Origin: a bacterium
GTDB taxonomy: Bacteria; Hinthialibacterota; Hinthialibacteria; Hinthialibacterales; Hinthialibacteraceae
Assembly (NCBI GenBank): GCA_963662285.2
Contig: CAXXMV010000006.1
Coordinates: forward strand, 1,833,100-1,897,099
Reading direction: 5' to 3'
Length of the DNA stretch: 64,000 bases
The position numbers were made by a program, and so were the translations under genes. A model generated the notes under the pieces. That model was not told the DNA's origin. It saw only the letters and a program-made list of their open reading frames with translations, and did no database searches. Positions 59,269-64,000 of the stretch are shown here, piece after piece; positions within the stretch are counted from its first letter, which is position 1; each line of letters begins with the position of its first letter.

Positions 59269-61919
59269 ATGGACTTGAATCGTTTTACTCAGAAATCTCA
59301 GGAAGCGCTGACCGAGGCGCAAAATATCTCTCGCAGCAACAATCATGTCGAGGTGGATGTTGAACATCTCCTGCTTGCTCTTCTCCTGCAGGACGAAGGA
59401 TTAATTCCACGGCTATTCAACAATATGGATATAGCTGTGGATGCCTTAATTACTAAAGTTAAAGATGAATTAAAACTTCGCCCCCGTATGAGTGGAGCAA
59501 CTCTGGAATCTGGTAAAGTTTATATAACCAATAATCTAAACAGAGTCTTGGCAGACGCTGAAAACGAAGCCAAACGTCTCAAGGACGATTATGTAAGCGT
59601 TGAACATATCTTGCTGGCAATTCTGAATAATAAACCAACTACATTTGCATGTAAAACTCTTCATAAACTAGGAATCACCAAAGACTCGTTCTTAAACGCA
59701 TTGACTCAAGTTAGAGGTAATCAACGCGTTACAAGCCCAAATCCAGAGACCACCTACGATGCTTTGGAACGATACGGCCAGGAACTGGTAGCCGCCGCCG
59801 CCATGGAAAAACTTGATCCCGTCATAGGCCGTGATGGAGAAATACGCCGCGTCATCCGTATCTTATCCCGTAGAACCAAGAATAATCCGGTCTTGATTGG
59901 AGAACCCGGAGTTGGCAAAACCGCCATAATAGAGGGATTAGCTCACCGTATAGTTCGCGGCGACGTTCCTGAAGGTCTTAAAAATAAACGTATTTTCGCT
60001 TTAGACCTTGGTTCGCTGGTGGCAGGAGCGAAATATAGAGGTGAATTTGAAGAACGGCTTAAATCGGTGCTAAACGAGATCAAAAAAAGCGACGGCCAAA
60101 TTATTCTCTTCATCGACGAACTGCACAACATCGTAGGGGCCGGACGCGCGGAAGGTTCAATGGACGCTGGTAATATGCTCAAACCATTGCTGGCGCGGGG
60201 AGAACTGCATTGCATCGGCGCCACTACGCTTGACGAATACCGGAAATATATTGAAAAAGACGCCGCCCTGGAGAGACGTTTCCAACCAGTGATGGTGCAA
60301 CCGCCGACGGTGGAAGATACCATCTCAATTCTACGCGGCCTTCGTGAACGTTATGAGATTCATCATGGAGTGAAAATTAAAGATAATGCTATCGTCGCAT
60401 CGGCTGTATTATCAAACAGATACATCTCGGATCGGTTTCTGCCCGATAAAGCCATCGACCTGATAGACGAAGCCTGCGCCATGATCCGCACTGAAATAGA
60501 TTCCATGCCCTCTGAATTGGATGAGTTAACCAGACGCGTCATGCAACTGGAGATCGAAGAACAGGCGCTCAGTAAAGAAAAAGATGCTGCCAGCAAGGAA
60601 AGACTTGAGTCTCTGCGAAAAGAACTGGCTGATCTGCGCTCCAAATCCGACAGTATGAAGGCGCAATGGGATAAACGAAAAAAACAGCATTCAACATATA
60701 CGGCAACTGCGCGAGTCACTGGATAATATGCGGCGTGAAATCGAACTTGCCGAACGCAACTATGATCTATCCAAAGCAGCTGAACTAAAACATGGCGCAT
60801 TTCCTGATCTGCTGCATCAACTCAAACAGGAAGAAGCCGCCATGGAACAAAAGAAAGATGATAGTTGCTTTTTGAGAGAAGAAGTTACTCAAGAAGAGAT
60901 TGCCGAGATTATCTCTAAGTGGACTGGAATTCCCATTACCCGTTTAGTCGAAGGCGAGCGAGAAAAACTATTGCGTTTGGATAAGATTCTCCATAAACGC
61001 GTGATTGGCCAGGATGAAGCGGTTCAGGCGGTTGCCGACGCAGTAATCCGCGCCCGTTCAGGCATCAAAGATCCGCAACGCCCCATTGGATCATTCATCT
61101 TTCTTGGACCAACTGGAGTAGGTAAAACTGAATTGGCCAAGACGCTGGCCCAGGCGTTATTTGATGCAGAAGAAAATATGATACGCATTGATATGTCTGA
61201 GTATATGGAAAAACACGCCGTATCACGGCTGATCGGAGCGCCTCCGGGATATGTTGGATTTGAAGAAGGCGGTCAACTAACCGAAGCGGTGCGGCGAAAA
61301 CCTTATTGCGTCATTCTGTTCGATGAATTCGAGAAAGCGCATCATGACGTCTATAATATTCTCTTACAGATATTGGATGATGGCCGTCTGACAGATTCGC
61401 AAGGTCGAACCGTCGATTGCAAGAATACCGTCCGTAATATTAACGTCTAATGTAGGTTCCCAGCATCTAATTCAGGGAATCAATGATGACGGTCAAATTT
61501 CTTGATACTGCGCGGGAATTGGTTATGAAGGAACTGCGTATGCATTGTCGGCCGGAATTTCTTAATCGAGTCGATGATATTGTCCTGGTTCAAAACGCTT
61601 AAAATAGAAGAAATCGAACAGATATTTGATCTTTTGCTTGAGGAATTAAGAAATCGCTTGAAAGAGCATCACTTAACCCTGGATGTTACAGATGAAGCCA
61701 AAGAGTATTTCGCCTTATAAGGGCTATGACTTGATATATGGGGCGCGGCCTCTGCGCCGATTGATTCAGAAGGAACTTGAAACCAAATTGGGACGGGCAA
61801 TGCTGTCCGAACAGGTAATGGATGGATCGCATATAACCATAAGTATGGATAATTCAGAGATAAAGGTTTCTTTCGTTAATACAGTGAATGCAGTAGAAAA
61901 AGTAAAAGCATTGAATTAA
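59269..61919 (+). CDS. clpB: Chaperone ClpB, broken by several apparent +1 frameshifts
   Basis: [24 protein letters not shown]-domain coiled coil, [32 protein letters not shown]. The frame is restored by removing single bases near 60674, 61433, 61503, 61588 and 61715. Confidence 0.92.
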
Positions 61920-62078
61920 TTATCATATAAATCGATTATCGAGGTCCTATTTTGCATGGCGTAAATTATTTATTCCTCTATAATTAGATAATAACCTTAT
62001 GAGGTTTTGCCGTATCGATAAAACGAATATTTATTTTGAGTAAACCACTCTAGTGCTTTTACAACCATAAATAATCGT

Positions 62079-62123
62079 GTAACCAAATCCCCTCTCCCCC
62101 TGGGAGAGGGTTAGGGTGAGGGC
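62079..62123 (+). repeat. CCCTCTCC..GGAGAGGG-type REP-like element
   Basis: GTAACCAAATCCCCTCTCCCCCTGGGAGAGGGTTAGGGTGAGGG. Confidence 0.75.
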
Positions 62124-62188
62124 GTAACAGAACACGTCGCGTAATACTAGTATAATTTCTGCATGTCGGACTGAAACGGAGAAGTTTT

Positions 62189-63322
62189 ATGATGTCACCA
62201 CCAGTTGGGATAATTATGGCGGGAGGGTCAGGAGAAAGATTTTGGCCTGTCAGTCGTCAAAAAAAACCCAAGCAGTTATTGAAATTGACCCACGAAAATA
62301 TGACTCTTCTTGATGAAGCGGTTGACCGTCTTCTCCCGATTATGACGCCCGATCAGATATTTATATCAACCAATCAAATACTGCTGGAGCCTATTCGTGA
62401 AGCAATGACTTTGATTCCTCCAGAGAACATTTTGGCTGAACCGATGCGTAGAAATACAATGGGCTGCATGGCTTTTGTCACGGCTCACATGCTGAACCGT
62501 TATGGTGAAGATGCTGAAGATATGGTTATGGCCATCACTACAGCTTATCCATCGGATTGGAGATGACAACTTATTCCGCAATACCATAAACGCCGCTATA
62601 TGGTATGCTAAAGAAAAAAACGCCCTCATTATTGTGGGTTTAAAACCAACCCGGCCTGAAACTGGATATGGTTATATTAAAGTTGATAGCGAATTGCACG
62701 CTTCAGCTGCTTTTGAGGGAGTATCTATCTTCCCTACTACCAAATTCCAGGAAAAACCTTCCTTGGAGACAGCTAAGGAATATCTTGCCAGTGGTCAATT
62801 TTTCTGAATAGTGGAATGTTCTTTTGGAAAATTTCCACATTTTTAGACGAAACTTCCAAGCATACTCCAGATTTTTATAAAAGCATAACTGAAATGCAGG
62901 ACGCGCTGAAAACTGGTCATAATTCAGACTCCAAATCGCTTCTATTTTTGAAAAAATTACTAATACTTCTATAGATTTTGCTTTGATGGAAAAATCTTCT
63001 AATGTTTTCCTGGCTTATGGCGAATTTCCCTGGGATGATGTTGGCCTGTGGGATGCTCTTTCCAGATTTAGAACCAAAGATTCCAAGGGTAATGTGGCTA
63101 TTGGCGACCCGATATTGATCGATTTGCCAGGATGTAACCGTCTACAATGAAGCTGGCGCCGATAACATGGCGGTCGGCGTTGTTGGATTAGAGAACGTTG
63201 TTGTTGTAACCACTCATGATGGAATTCTGGTCTGTTCAAAGGATAAAGCTCAAGAAGTTCGCGAAGTTGTTAAGATATTGAAAGAAACGAAACGCTTCGC
63301 AAATCTAATCTTCAACCTATAA
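62189..63322 (+). CDS. manC: Mannose-1-phosphate guanylyltransferase, multiply frameshifted (3' end approximate)
   Basis: IMAGGSGERFWP.SR..PKQ, EPM.RNT, PTRPETGYGYI, FQEKP, NSGMF, SIDFALMEK, WDDVG.W, spread over several frames. Confidence 0.85.
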
Positions 63323-63380
63323 TTCTAAAAACAGCAGTTCGATAATTGTTACTAAAGTAGATTGGGAAATCTAACATTGC

Positions 63381-63551
63381 AGATAACAACCCCCTCTTGA
63401 ATTCTCCCCAACTTGGGGGAGAGGGATTTTGGTGATATAACCAGTTATATCGTTTTGACTTAGTCATGCAAAACACTGTGGTATAATATTCCTCTCCCAA
63501 GATTGGGAGAGGCTAGGAGAGGGTTGATATCAGCAATCTTCGTAGATGAAT
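63381..63551. repeat. Third copy of the composite REP/REPIN-like element
   Basis: AGATAACAACCCCCTCTTGAATTCTCCCCAACTTGGGGGAGAGGG ... ATTCCTCTCCCAAGATTGGGAGAGGCTAGGAGAGGGTTGATATC, matching 8171-8335 at both ends. Confidence 0.85.
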
Positions 63552-63606
63552 CACCAACTATATGCAATTAACGCTGTTTCCCCAATCATTTTCCGGGAGG
63601 CTTAAG

Positions 63607-64000
63607 ATGTCTGCACCAACCTCAATTCCATGTTTCAAAGCTTATGATCTTCGAGGAAAAGTTCCTTCAGAACTTAATCCTGATTTAGCCTATAAAATCG
63701 GCTTATCCCTGGTTGAATTCTTATCCGCTAAAAAGATTGTTATCGGGCGTGATATCCGGGCGACTGGACCGGATATACGTGATGCGCTTATAAAAGGATT
63801 AACCGAAGCTGGCGCAGATGTAATCGACATAGGATTATGCGGGCACGGAAATGATCTATTTCGCCACTTCCCATTTTAAGACTGATGGCGGCGTCATGAT
63901 TACAGCCAGCCACAATCCCCCTGGAATATAACGGAATGAAGTTCGTCCGTGAAGAATCAAAACCTATCAGCGCTGATACCGTTTGAAAGATATCGAGCAG
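63607..64000 (+). CDS. manB: Phosphomannomutase/phosphoglucomutase, runs off the window end, frameshifted
   Basis: GGGAGG RBS; [19 protein letters not shown]; after a frameshift, MITASHNP. Confidence 0.85.

Overview
A 64-kb stretch of a bacterial chromosome with AT-rich intergenic regions. The cell is diderm (lptF/lptG, a beta-barrel outer-membrane protein). A class III pilin-like gene, Pro/Thr linkers, a dockerin-like tail and short C-terminal W-x-L-Y/H tails suggest Hinthialibacterota (OLB16), Sumerlaeota or a related lineage; this is inference only. Housekeeping genes include ilvD, lptFG, dtd, trpB2, mtnP, yicC, folD, recO, clpB and manC/manB-like genes. They are mixed with secreted hydrolases (GH95, sulfatase, esterases) and many glycosyltransferases. 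I found no rRNA, tRNA, CRISPR array, transposase or prophage. The main signals are: (1) a dif-like XerCD site at 13515-13542; (2) a shared short C-terminal tail on two unrelated secreted proteins, a candidate sorting signal; (3) a PD40/CxxCH + TMTC-like GT-C/TPR + pilin-like cluster, with parts of a possible protein O-glycosylation pathway scattered across the window; (4) composite, nested REP/REPIN-like elements; (5) a tandem pair of diverged membrane-anchored paralogs. Frameshifts in lptG, clpB, manC, manB and one paralog look like long-read assembly errors rather than real pseudogenes.
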